Shown here piece by piece: positions 49,336 through 58,728 of a stretch of 64,000 nucleotides of DNA. Numbering within the stretch: position 1 is the stretch's first letter; each line of letters starts with the position of its first letter. A program made the translations under genes and the position numbers. The stretch is taken from positions 1,312,001-1,376,000 of the forward strand of contig OZ242029.1 of assembly GCA_965205015.1 (NCBI GenBank). The letters run 5' to 3'. This DNA comes from Candidatus Poribacteria bacterium. GTDB taxonomy: Bacteria > Poribacteria > WGA-4E > WGA-3G. The notes below the pieces were generated by a model. That model had not been told where the DNA came from. It was given only the letters and a program-made list of their open reading frames with translations, and searched no databases.

Positions 49336-50676
49336 TTATTCCGTGAGCGCCTCATAGGTCAGCACTTTAAATTGGTGGTGGAACGGATACGGGTTATTGT
49401 GAATCTGCGTCATGAGCACGCCGACCACCTCTTCGACAGGGTCTATCCAGAAGATGGTCGCGGCGGCACCGCCCCAACTGAAACTTCCGACCGACTCCGG
49501 GTCGTCTTTTGATTCCTTATCCTCCTCACCTGATGCGTCCTCGTCATCAGCGTCTGAGGTATCCTTATCCTCCTTATCTGATGCGTCCTCGTCATCAGCG
49601 TCCGTATCTGTGGGTTCTTTATCGCTTACCACAGCGAAACCGAGTCCAAACCACCCCTCGTGATGCGGATAGCGCATCAGTTCGACCGTTTCCTTCGCTA
49701 ATATACGGGTACCGTCGAGTTCACCGCCGTTGAGCAGCATTTGAGAAAAACGTATGTAATCTGCAGCGGTTGAGACGAGCCCCCCACCGCCGGAAGGGAA
49801 AAACGTGAATTCGCCGTCCGCGTCGGCTTTCTTTCCAACACGTTCGAGCCCATCGTCTTTACTAAAAGTATACAGTGCGGCAAACCTGTCCCGCTTCTCC
49901 GGTGGCACCGAAAATGCGGTGTCTACCATGCCGAGGGGTCCAAAGAGGCGCGTTTGGAGGAATTTTTCAAACGGCATTCCGGAAACGGTTTCCACAAGAT
50001 AACCGAGTACATCCGTAGAGACGCCGTAGGTCCATCTTTCACCGGGTTCATGAACGAGTGGAATGTCCCCGAGTGTTTTCACCATATCGACTAATGTCGC
50101 ACTGGCACCAGACATTTTCAGCGCCTTATAGCGTTCATCAACGGGTTTATTCCCCCAACCGTAGGTGAATCCTGCGGTATGCATGAGGAGGTGTTTGATC
50201 GTTATCTCGTTCTTCGCGTCCGAGATTTCCGTTTGGTCCTTGTTGTAGACCTTCATATTTTCAAATTCAGGAATAAACCGAGAAACGGGTGTGTCAAGTT
50301 GGAAATGTCCCTCTTCATAGAGCATCATCACTGCGACACTGGTAATCGGCTTCGACATGGAGTAGATGCGGAAGATGGTATCAGGCGCTATGGGTTTCTT
50401 ATTTTCGATATCTCGCATGCCGACGGTTTCAAAATGGACGATTTTCCCGCGTCTGGCGACGACTGTCAGGAATCCGGGTAGGTTTTCCTTATCGACGTAA
50501 TCTTGCAACATAGGACGGATGTGTTCAAGACGTTCGGCAGAAACACCGACCTCCTCCGGTGCTGCCGTCGGTAGTCCTTGTCCGAAGGCAAGCACAGGGA
50601 GGCAAAAAATCAGTAAACACATATAGGTCAATTTTTTCAATCTACTTTCCTTTCTCTTTTCTCGTAAAGTATGCAT
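49336..50676 (-). CDS. secreted serine hydrolase, beta-lactamase class C-like, with an acidic repeat insertion
   Basis: Signal peptide; FRIYSMSK; WTYG; 48-bp duplicated acidic segment at 49514-49602. Confidence 0.88.
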   Translation of the reverse strand: MHTLREKRKESRLKKLTYMCLLIFCLPVLAFGQGLPTAAPEEVGVSAERLEHIRPMLQDYVDKENLPGFLTVVARRGKIVHFETVGMRDIENKKPIAPDTIFRIYSMSKPITSVAVMMLYEEGHFQLDTPVSRFIPEFENMKVYNKDQTEISDAKNEITIKHLLMHTAGFTYGWGNKPVDERYKALKMSGASATLVDMVKTLGDIPLVHEPGERWTYGVSTDVLGYLVETVSGMPFEKFLQTRLFGPLGMVDTAFSVPPEKRDRFAALYTFSKDDGLERVGKKADADGEFTFFPSGGGGLVSTAADYIRFSQMLLNGGELDGTRILAKETVELMRYPHHEGWFGLGFAVVSDKEPTDTDADDEDASDKEDKDTSDADDEDASGEEDKESKDDPESVGSFSWGGAAATIFWIDPVEEVVGVLMTQIHNNPYPFHHQFKVLTYEALTE

Positions 50677-50756
50677 ATTAACAACGGGATATAAAGGGGC
50701 GAGGTTCGGAAACCTCGCCAGCAGTGGAAGAACGTTCTCGATCTATTGCCTTTTTT

Positions 50757-51569
50757 CTACGGTGCCCGTTTGAGGTACGCCCATCGGGTTGCGAGTTTTC
50801 CACCGGGTTCAACACTGAGAATCGCAGCCAACCCGACATCCATCGCTTCCTGGATTTCCGCTTCGGTCCGTGCGACATTGGAGATGCGTATCTCTTCAAT
50901 GACACCTTTCAATCCGTTGGCGTTATTGAGGTTCGGCACGCCGATTGTAATCGGATCGGCACTCTGAAACGTGGTCCCATTGGGTGCTTCGGTCTCCAAT
51001 TCACCATCAACATACGCGCGTCCCATTTTGCCATCATAGGTAAAGGCGAGATGATGCCACTTATCGTCGGTGATCTGGGTCGTGCCATCTATACTGAATC
51101 CACACTGCCCATTCGCCCCGATTTCCGAGTGTAGCACATGTTGATCTACATGGACCCAGATACCGTAGTTCCGATTGTTACACCCCGCCTGCTGTTTGCA
51201 GACGATGCCCTGCCATTTCCCTGTGCCTTCTGCCACCTTGACCCACGCTTCAATACTGAGTGTTTCTAATTCCAGTTTTTTTGTCGACTTGACGACGACG
51301 TATCCACTATCATTGCCAGGAAATTCCAAGCCTCCTCCGAACTTTGCCTTGACCCACTTCGGTTTCCCTGCGAATTCACCATCGTGACCGTTGCCGGAAG
51401 CGTCTTTCACGACATCACCGGCACCTTCCTCAAAGAGCCAGACAGCAACGGTGTGCTTGTCAACCGCTGCGTCTGTAGACAGCCCACCGAACAGTGCCAA
51501 AACCACTGCAGCGATGAAGAGTTGCTTGATGCTATAGATCGATTTTGTATCTGTAGTGTGCATAGTCAC
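50757..51569 (-). CDS. secreted LamG-like jellyroll protein
   Basis: WLFEEG, DASGNG, WHHLAFTYDG and IEEIRISN; C-terminal VEPGGKLATRWAYLK. Confidence 0.88.
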   Translation of the reverse strand: MTMHTTDTKSIYSIKQLFIAAVVLALFGGLSTDAAVDKHTVAVWLFEEGAGDVVKDASGNGHDGEFAGKPKWVKAKFGGGLEFPGNDSGYVVVKSTKKLELETLSIEAWVKVAEGTGKWQGIVCKQQAGCNNRNYGIWVHVDQHVLHSEIGANGQCGFSIDGTTQITDDKWHHLAFTYDGKMGRAYVDGELETEAPNGTTFQSADPITIGVPNLNNANGLKGVIEEIRISNVARTEAEIQEAMDVGLAAILSVEPGGKLATRWAYLKRAP

Positions 51570-51587
51570 TTCCCCCTTTATGGCTGT

Positions 51588-51616
51588 ATTCTACCAGAAT
51601 ACAAACCTTAAGTCAA
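51588..51616 (-). promoter_or_regulatory. sigma70 promoter
   Basis: TTGACT-17-TAGAAT with TG extension. Confidence 0.7.
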
Positions 51617-51814
51617 GCATTTGGTGGTACATTCGAGAGGTATTCAGTTTTTAGGGGTTGGACGTTAATTGTCTGAATCAGGATTTACAAGATTTTAGGA
51701 TTGGCAGGATGAGAAAATTTGCTTGATTGATAAATTGAACCTTCATGGGAGATCTAAATTAAGGGAAACTGATTGACATACTCTCCAATCTAAAGATTGG
51801 AGATTCTGGTATCA

Positions 51815-52970
51815 TCAAGAACCGCTTGCGATAGCAAGTCTAACGTTCTCTACTCCAAAGGTTGATGCCCCAACCTTAAGAATGTTAATAGCCGCGTTAA
51901 TATCGCGGTCGTGGTGAGTATTACAATGTTCACACGTCCATGTCCTATCACGCAATTCAAGAGAAACACGAGTATTACAGATGTGACACACAGAAGTTGT
52001 AGGTGGTCCATTGATCGATGCATTCAACACGTTTACCACGTTTCTTGGCTTGCCACTTGAGTTTCTGCGAGAATGCGTAGAACCCAATATCAGAGACTTT
52101 GCGACCCCAGATTCGTTTCATGCCATCAAGGTTCAACGTTTCAAAGAACAGAACATCAAATCTACGCACAAGTTCAAGAGCAAGTTTCCAGTGGTGATCT
52201 TCGCGTTGTCTCTTGACTTTGCGATGCGTACGTGCAGAGTGGTGTCGCGCACGTTCTCGGTTGTTACTTCCACGCTGTTTTGTGGAAAGTTTGCGATTCG
52301 CTGTTCTAACTTTATCAATAGACTCGGTGTAAAAATAGGGCGATTGATATTGTTTTCCATTTGAACACGTCAACATTGTTTTGACGCCCATATCAAACCC
52401 TGCAGCATTACCCGTCATTGGCTTGAGATGGGACTGAATGTGATCCGTAACAACAGACATGTAAAAATCGCCAAGGGCATCTTCTTTGATCGTAACAGTT
52501 TTGATAGTGCCAAATATAGGACGACTGAGATTAAATCTGTATGTTTTCCCCAGGATTGTCACGCGGTCACTGTAGATGCCGAATCCCTTATTACCAGCGA
52601 CAGGGACAGCAAACTTGTATCCAGAAGGACACATTGTGAACGAGTAAGGCTTACGAAACGATCGGAACCTTGGCGGTCGCTTCGCGATTTTCTTAAAGAA
52701 CCGCTGATAACCTTCATCAAGACGTTTGAGTATTTGGCGGGCTGCCCACGAATCTAACTCACGCCAATGTGCAAATATCTCGGGGTGTGATTTACGCAGT
52801 ATCGTGAACGCTCGCGACATCTCTTTGTAGGAGAGATACGGCAATCCAAGAGAATAGCGCGTGCGTTGCCACCCGAGAAAGTAGTTCCATATTGTCTGTG
52901 CGATCCACGTCTTTCGTTTTAAGTTCCGATTGCGTGGCGCACGAAAGAATTTGTAGAGTGCGGTATACAT
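51815..52970 (-). pseudogene. tnpB: RNA-guided endonuclease TnpB, frameshifted near 52007
   Basis: RuvC-I GFDMG and RuvC-II FETLNL in frame 1; Zn finger CHIC/CEHC and RuvC-III HDRDINAA in the shifted frame. Confidence 0.88.
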
Positions 52971-52979
52971 GGTGTTCCT

Positions 52980-53054
52980 TTACATGGTGATACCGCTTCT
53001 AAACGGTGCGGTGGCACTCCCAAGCGGGAGGTAGAATCCACCGCCACCATGTAA
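52980..53054 (-). ncRNA. candidate structured 5' leader of tnpB (three-way junction)
   Basis: Closing stem TTACATGGTG/CACCATGTAA with inner hairpins GCGGTGG...CCACCGC and ACCGTT/AGCGGT. Confidence 0.55.
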
Positions 53055-53058
53055 GAAT

Positions 53059-53087
53059 ATTAAACCACAATTTACAAAAAATATCAA
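53059..53087 (-). promoter_or_regulatory. tnpB promoter
   Basis: TTGATA-17-TTTAAT with TG extension, placing +1 at the leader stem. Confidence 0.55.
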
Positions 53088-53207
53088 GTGTTTTTTACTT
53101 AATTTTAGAGGTTTGGTCTAATTCACTAAAGCGGTTCTGTATCTCCCCGCTGAAGCGAGGGAGTTTTAGAACCGAAGGTTTTGATAACGCCTCGAGAGAT
53201 TAAAATG

Positions 53208-53236
53208 TTGACATGAGACCCTGTATCGCATATAAT
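53208..53236 (+). promoter_or_regulatory. consensus sigma70 promoter
   Basis: TTGACA-17-TATAAT. Confidence 0.85.
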
Positions 53237-53307
53237 TTCGCATGTTCACTTGTCGGCGCGTGTTGGAGACGCGTGAATCATGAGTTGAACACACAAGGAG
53301 GCTTTAC

Positions 53308-54477
53308 ATGGCAGAACGAATTAAAATGGGATTGGTCGGATGCGGCGGTATGTCGGGTGCCCACATGGGTGGGTATCGCGAACTCTGGTCGAAAGGAATC
53401 AGGGATTATGAGATCGTGGCGGCGTGTGACATCGCAGTCGAACGCGCCGAAGAACGGGCAGCTCAGGCGCATGAGTTCCAAGGCGGCACGAAACCAGCCA
53501 TCTATACAGACCTCGATGAGATGCTGGCAAAACATCCTGATCTGGCGTGCGTTGACATCTGTGCGCTCCATAGTGCACATCATACACTCGCCGTGCCTGC
53601 GCTCGATGCTGGAAAACACGTTATCATTGAAAAACCGTTCGGTATTACAATGCGGGCATGTAAACTGATGATGGAAGCTGCGGATCGCAACGACAGGATT
53701 ATCTCCGTCGCTGAAAACTATCGTCTGGCACGTATCCAACGCGCCCGCAGCTGGGCAATCGCGCAAGGACGTATCGGTGATCCCCGCATGTTCTTCTGGG
53801 TAGAGGTCAGCGAAGGTTTAGGGAAATGGGGGTGGCGTAACTTTAAGATGGATGCCGGCGGCGGTTGGGCATTAGACGGCGGTGTGCACTTCACGGACCT
53901 GATGCGCTATATCCTCGGTATGGAAGCCGAGGAGGTTTACGCGATTAACAAGGCTTACGAACCTTTCCGCTACGACAACGCTGCAGAAAGAGAAGGTGGA
54001 TACGCCGTTGACGTTGAGGACGCCATGATCGCCACTATCAAGTTTGAGCAGGGCGTTACAGCACAGTGGACATGGGTCGGCTCTGCTCCCGGACACGGGT
54101 TCCGTCAACATACCGTTTACGGCAGTGAAGGCTCGCTGGATTGGAATCACGGGTTAGTGCCGCGCAGCGGCGAACCGATCTCCAACGATGACCTCATGCA
54201 GGCGTTTACGGATAGCCTCAGCGACTCGGAACGGGAATACTACTTCCCGAGCGGTGTGGAAGATACCGTGGCGATTGAACTGAAATATTTCGCCGATGCC
54301 ATTCGGAGCGGTGGCAAACCGGAAGTGGATGCCGTCGAAGGGATGCGATCAGAAGCCATCTGCATGGCAGTCTACGAATCGGGATGGTTCGGGCGCCCCG
54401 TGACGATTGAGGAGATCGAAAATTGTGAGTTGGAAGGCTATCAGAAAGAGATTAACGACAAGTTAGGGATTGGCTAA
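53308..54477 (+). CDS. Gfo/Idh/MocA family oxidoreductase
   Basis: GLVGCGGM, GKHVIIEKP and GGWALDGGVHFTD. Confidence 0.92.
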   Translation: MAERIKMGLVGCGGMSGAHMGGYRELWSKGIRDYEIVAACDIAVERAEERAAQAHEFQGGTKPAIYTDLDEMLAKHPDLACVDICALHSAHHTLAVPALDAGKHVIIEKPFGITMRACKLMMEAADRNDRIISVAENYRLARIQRARSWAIAQGRIGDPRMFFWVEVSEGLGKWGWRNFKMDAGGGWALDGGVHFTDLMRYILGMEAEEVYAINKAYEPFRYDNAAEREGGYAVDVEDAMIATIKFEQGVTAQWTWVGSAPGHGFRQHTVYGSEGSLDWNHGLVPRSGEPISNDDLMQAFTDSLSDSEREYYFPSGVEDTVAIELKYFADAIRSGGKPEVDAVEGMRSEAICMAVYESGWFGRPVTIEEIENCELEGYQKEINDKLGIG

Positions 54478-54535
54478 ATGCAAATTTGCGGACAAATTAG
54501 CCCGGCTGGGTTAATTTGCCCATACGGAGCAGACA

Positions 54536-55336
54536 ATGGACCGATTGAACGGGAAAGTTGCGATTGTTACAGGTGCCGGCAAAAAAGGGGAGGTCGACGG
54601 CACCGGCTATTCGACATCAATGCTCTTCGCAAGAGAGGGCGCGAAAGTGCTGTTGGCGGACATTTCCCCTGAGAATGCTAACGCCACGCTGGCAGAAATT
54701 GAGGCAGAAGGCGGCGAAGCCGCGACCTTCATCGGCGATCTGTCCACGGAGGAAGCCTGTGCCGGGATGGTAGAAGCCGCCGTCGAAAACTTTGGCAAAG
54801 TGAACGTGCTTTTTAACAACGTCGGGCTTGGCGGCGGCGGGACGGTCACGCAGGTGGACGAGGCGAAGTGGGACAGAGTCATGGATGTCAATCTCAAAAG
54901 CATGATTATGGCGTGCAAACACGCCGTGCCACGAATGGCTGAGGCAGGAGGCGGCTCAATTATTAACGTTTCGTCCATCGACGCGTTGCGCGCGGGTTGG
55001 GTTCGAAATCTGCCCTACGCGGCTGCGAAGGGTGGGATGATTTCCGCAACAACGGTGATGGCAGTTCACCACGGACGAGATAACATTCGGGTGAATTGTA
55101 TCGCGCCCGGACATCTTTACGCCTCATTTCCCGCGCCGTATTTGAGTGAAGCGGAGCGGGAGCGGCGTCGACTTATCGGACCGCTTGGGACAGAGGGAAC
55201 CGCCTGGGATGTCGCGTGGGCAACCGTTTTCCTCGCCAGTGATGAGTCGAAATGGATCTCTGGTGTCACGATTCCGATTGATGCGGGGTTACTGGCGGCG
55301 ACACCGCTCGCTGTTGTGCATCAACTGGATGAATAA
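54536..55336 (+). CDS. short-chain dehydrogenase/reductase
   Basis: AIVTGAG, NNVG, NVSS, YAAAK (YxxxK) and IRVNCIAPG. Confidence 0.92.
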   Translation: MDRLNGKVAIVTGAGKKGEVDGTGYSTSMLFAREGAKVLLADISPENANATLAEIEAEGGEAATFIGDLSTEEACAGMVEAAVENFGKVNVLFNNVGLGGGGTVTQVDEAKWDRVMDVNLKSMIMACKHAVPRMAEAGGGSIINVSSIDALRAGWVRNLPYAAAKGGMISATTVMAVHHGRDNIRVNCIAPGHLYASFPAPYLSEAERERRRLIGPLGTEGTAWDVAWATVFLASDESKWISGVTIPIDAGLLAATPLAVVHQLDE

Positions 55337-55354
55337 GAACAGCAATACGATCAG

Positions 55355-55387
55355 AAAAACGGGCAACGGACCGAAGTCCATTGCCCG
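55355..55387 (-). terminator. intrinsic terminator between convergent genes
   Basis: CGGGCAATGGAC-TTCG-GTCCGTTGCCCG-TTTTT on the minus strand. Confidence 0.85.
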
Positions 55388-55425
55388 CTGGTTATTTCAG
55401 GGATTGGAATTAGAATATCCCTTGG

Positions 55426-57645
55426 TTAATCTCGTAAGCGTTTCAATTGTCCCCACTGTGTTGTTAGCTTACCTTTAGCAGAGACCAACCCTCTCAAGCG
55501 GACTGTCGCCAATGTTTGGCGCTCACCAGCAAAAGATACGTCCTCAATTTGATAGTAGTAGACGAGGTTCGGCTTCGCTGTGGTGTCTGTCCACGTGTAA
55601 GTCGTGCTTTCCGCAGTCGTACCTGCTCCCGGAATCAATTGGGCGTTGATGACTTTGAATTCACCCGTCCTCGTTTGACTGCGTAATATATTGAATCCGG
55701 CGTTATCCATTTCGGATTGGGTGGTCCAATGGATGACGACCGTGCCGGCTTCCGTGCGGTCTGGACGGAAGTGGGAGAGCTGAACGGGGAGCTCGCCACC
55801 AGCACGGATGCCGGGGCTCCCGTGATCGGAGGGACCGCCATACCACACCTCAAGTCTTTTTTCCGATAGATACAAGAAACTGGTTTCTGCTGCGGGGATC
55901 CATCCGTCTGCCCGAGTGCCATCACGTGCTCTTTGTCTGTTATATCTGCGGATGATTGAGGTCCGGTCGTTGTCTGATGTCCATCCACTCGGCAATTGCC
56001 ATGTGGGTGAATCGGCGGTCCGGGTTCTCCCATCAAGGTTACCCACTTGATCGGCGAGGTTATTTTTTCCATCGATGAGTTGGATGTGGAACCCGCTCGT
56101 TGGGTTCAAGAACGGAGCTCGCCGGGTCCTCATCCCAAAGTCAGCGGCGAGCTCTGCGTAGACATCGAAGACACGGGTGGATACAAAATGAGCGTTATTT
56201 GATCTTTTATACGTATTACCCGAGTTTCTGCCCGTTGTTGAGACGATGAGCACTGTTTGCCTCGGGGGGATGGTTTTCACCCTACCACTATTTTTAAAAT
56301 TAATCACCCCGGAGAAGGGGTCTTCCCTTGAGCGAGGATCGTTATAGTTTTCAATGGCCAGCTCCCATCCGGCATCCGCATCTAAGGCAACGGCTTGGGT
56401 ATCAGAACTATTGAAGAGTTCAATCCATTGGATGTCATTTGTGCCGCCCTCGGTAGCGAACATGATTTCACTGATCGTCACTGTTCCGGTGAGATCTCTG
56501 ACGCTCCCTTGTCTTGGCGTGGTGTCTGGGGTTGCGGGTGGCGCGCCGGTTGCGGCGACTGTAAAGGTGCGTGCGGGGGAAGGCGTTGCGACGTTTGGAA
56601 CTCCACCTGCGTCTGTGACTGCCCCGGCGTTGACTTGTACCGTCACCGTCGCCACCCTGGAATTGGGCGTGAGCGTTGCGACGTAACTATTTGTATTGGG
56701 GATCGCGAAGAGGGCAGGGATTGAGCCGCCGATGACGGTGATTTCATTCGGAACCAGCGTGGCATCCGTCTGAAGGGGTTCGTCAAAAGTGATCGTTATG
56801 GGGAACACACCGCCGCCTACCGGAGGCTTTCCTGTAATCGTGGCGACGGGCCCGGTGGTATCTACGGTAAATGTACCTTTTGGAAAGATATAGGAGCCGT
56901 TACTCGAGGCTTCCACTGTTACCTCTGTTCTGCCGACAACGGGGAGAATTGTCACTGTCCACACTCTTTTGGCAGCGTCAGATGACAGGCTATCAACATA
57001 TCCGTTGGTGACCTTGAGATCGACAGATCTCAGTGTAATTGCCTGTGTTGAGGTTAAGGTCACGGTAAACGGTGCATTGCCACTAATAGATTTATCAGGG
57101 GACAGTATGAGCGGGGGTGCTGCACTTCGGATTATTTCGACTGATTTTGTTACAGCATGTTCAGGGACAAGAGCTCCGCGTACAAACGTGCCGCCGGAAA
57201 AATCGTCTTGGGTTCGTGCAGATCCTGCTGGCACTGCTATATTTACCTTACTCACATTACCCTTAACAGTGATTGTCGTTGTCCACACCGCACTATCTGT
57301 AGTTGTAAGACGAGCGGCTGTGGCACCGTTTAGAACAAGATTGTCGTTGCTATTTAAACCCTGCAACACAATATCACTGACATCAAAGCCGGTGACTGGG
57401 GTATTAACCGGATTAGGAACAGCGGGATTTTCCTGAAACGTAATGGTCAGCGGAAAAGAAACGGTTTCGGCTCTGATACCGTATCTCTGTATGCCCGTTG
57501 TGTCCGCGTCACCGTCAACATCCGCTAATTCATCCGGCACCGACAGGACTGGTATTACTGCGATTGCGGGGATTGCAACGAAGGCGAGCCCGGTAACGAG
57601 TAACACCGCTAAAACTACGGAATACGTCAATTTATTACAGAACAT
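55426..57645 (-). CDS. secreted protein with Ig-like repeats and a lamin-tail domain
   Basis: Signal peptide; ITITFDEP Ig-like units; TISEIMF...QWIELFN (LTD); LPVQLSHF domain; C-terminal VSAKGKLTTQWGQLK. Confidence 0.8.
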   Translation of the reverse strand: MFCNKLTYSVVLAVLLVTGLAFVAIPAIAVIPVLSVPDELADVDGDADTTGIQRYGIRAETVSFPLTITFQENPAVPNPVNTPVTGFDVSDIVLQGLNSNDNLVLNGATAARLTTTDSAVWTTTITVKGNVSKVNIAVPAGSARTQDDFSGGTFVRGALVPEHAVTKSVEIIRSAAPPLILSPDKSISGNAPFTVTLTSTQAITLRSVDLKVTNGYVDSLSSDAAKRVWTVTILPVVGRTEVTVEASSNGSYIFPKGTFTVDTTGPVATITGKPPVGGGVFPITITFDEPLQTDATLVPNEITVIGGSIPALFAIPNTNSYVATLTPNSRVATVTVQVNAGAVTDAGGVPNVATPSPARTFTVAATGAPPATPDTTPRQGSVRDLTGTVTISEIMFATEGGTNDIQWIELFNSSDTQAVALDADAGWELAIENYNDPRSREDPFSGVINFKNSGRVKTIPPRQTVLIVSTTGRNSGNTYKRSNNAHFVSTRVFDVYAELAADFGMRTRRAPFLNPTSGFHIQLIDGKNNLADQVGNLDGRTRTADSPTWQLPSGWTSDNDRTSIIRRYNRQRARDGTRADGWIPAAETSFLYLSEKRLEVWYGGPSDHGSPGIRAGGELPVQLSHFRPDRTEAGTVVIHWTTQSEMDNAGFNILRSQTRTGEFKVINAQLIPGAGTTAESTTYTWTDTTAKPNLVYYYQIEDVSFAGERQTLATVRLRGLVSAKGKLTTQWGQLKRLRD

Positions 57646-58011
57646 TCGTCATTCTCCTCCTTCAGGCACATTCAAACGCGGGAATATGTTTGGGACCTTG
57701 ATTTAGGTATTTTTCTCCTTAGATGTGGTTTCCAATCGCGCGCGAATTCTTAAAATTTTTCTCCTGAAGTAAGGTAACGCTATTTTTTCGAAAGGTGTTA
57801 CGAAAAAATGGGATAAAAGCAGGGATAACGCGTCAGATTCGGTGAGGTGTGTATATTGTCTGAATCGCGGATTGACGCGGATTTTACAGATTTCGCGGAT
57901 TTTTTGTTAGCCGCGGACCATCAATTGGTAGATATTAGAATTAATTAGGCACTCTGAGTTGGCGAGGTTCGGGAACCTCGCCAGCGATTGGTCTGTGCTG
58001 CTAATGTGACG

Positions 58012-58542
58012 TTAGAACTGCGCGGGGAAATTTCCGCGGGCGGCATCCATGACTTCGCCTGTGATTTCATCGTAGCCGTTGTCTTTGGCGAAACTTTCAA
58101 TTCCCATTTTCGCCATCGGACGGACAAACGCTGGGATGCGTTCCAAGCGTTCAAGTGCCTCGGCTGACCAGACGGGACCGCTCGGCTCGGCAGGCTCGAC
58201 CTCTTCCTGAAATGCGTCCGAGATGACACCGGTAAAGGGACATTTGCCGCCTTCAGCTGTTCCGTCTGAAGGCATTCCTGGGGAATACTCGTTCGGCATT
58301 GCTTCGGTTTTTGCGGTTTCTAACTGTGAACGCACCATCTGCATCGGCTGCGCGGTTTCGTTGTTCCCACCGAGTTTGAGATCCAAGGATTTTAGCATCT
58401 GGGTCTCCCACGGATTCAGGAACATGGCGATCTCTGTGAAACAGTCGGGACATTCAAAAAGCGCCGTCACGGAGCCTTGTTCGGGACGGGTTACGTCTTT
58501 AAATTTCATCGCTGTGTCACAATCCGTACATAGAAACTTCAT
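58012..58542 (-). CDS. zinc-ribbon plus PCP_red (protochlorophyllide-reductase C-terminal-like) domain protein
   Basis: CTDC...CPDC; CPF; WSAEALERLERIPAFVRPMAK...IESFAK motif. Confidence 0.8.
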   Translation of the reverse strand: MKFLCTDCDTAMKFKDVTRPEQGSVTALFECPDCFTEIAMFLNPWETQMLKSLDLKLGGNNETAQPMQMVRSQLETAKTEAMPNEYSPGMPSDGTAEGGKCPFTGVISDAFQEEVEPAEPSGPVWSAEALERLERIPAFVRPMAKMGIESFAKDNGYDEITGEVMDAARGNFPAQF

Positions 58543-58585
58543 TTTTTTATTTTCCTTTTTTAATTTAACGCAAATTGCCCCCCTA

Positions 58586-58721
58586 TAGCATAATCTGTTA
58601 GATTGTGCGTATGGGGGCGCGAACTGAAAGCTTACGCTACGAAACACCCGAGAATGATGAACGGTTTACAGTTAAGAACGGGGCTGCATGTCTAAAATCT
58701 TGTCCGTAGCAACTTGGGTTA
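58586..58721. repeat. ~140-bp direct repeat unit, copy A (REP doublet plus conserved 30-bp site)
   Basis: Homologous to 59750-59884; terminal 30 bp are 26/30 identical. Confidence 0.75.
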
Positions 58722-58728
58722 AATAGTC

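Larger units (their letters stand above)
51773..53183 (-). mobile_element. IS200/IS605-family (tnpB-only, IS1341-like) element, 1411 bp
   Basis: Right end GAAT-hairpin(CTCCAATC/GATTGGAG)-TCAA ending at 51773; left end AAAA-hairpin(CTCCC...GGGAG) preceded by target TTAT at 53184-53187; no TIR or TSD. Confidence 0.85.

Noticed and set aside
46738-50676. Bona fide AmpC antibiotic-resistance genes
   Set aside because: Motifs (SMTK, LLTHTxG, WGG instead of KTG) fit family VIII esterase-like hydrolases; resistance cannot be inferred.
51637-51651. Solo ISAs1 end (GGTATTCAGTTTT)
   Set aside because: Only 13 bp match, the terminal CAGG is lacking and there is no partner end; may be chance.
52966-52985. 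Fluoride riboswitch-like ATGGTGTTC on the + strand
   Set aside because: It is the reverse complement of the tnpB RBS and start; the rest of the aptamer and a suitable downstream gene are missing.
58012-58542. Photosynthesis gene (protochlorophyllide reductase)
   Set aside because: Only the small PCP_red domain is present; no bchLNB or chlLNB catalytic domains.
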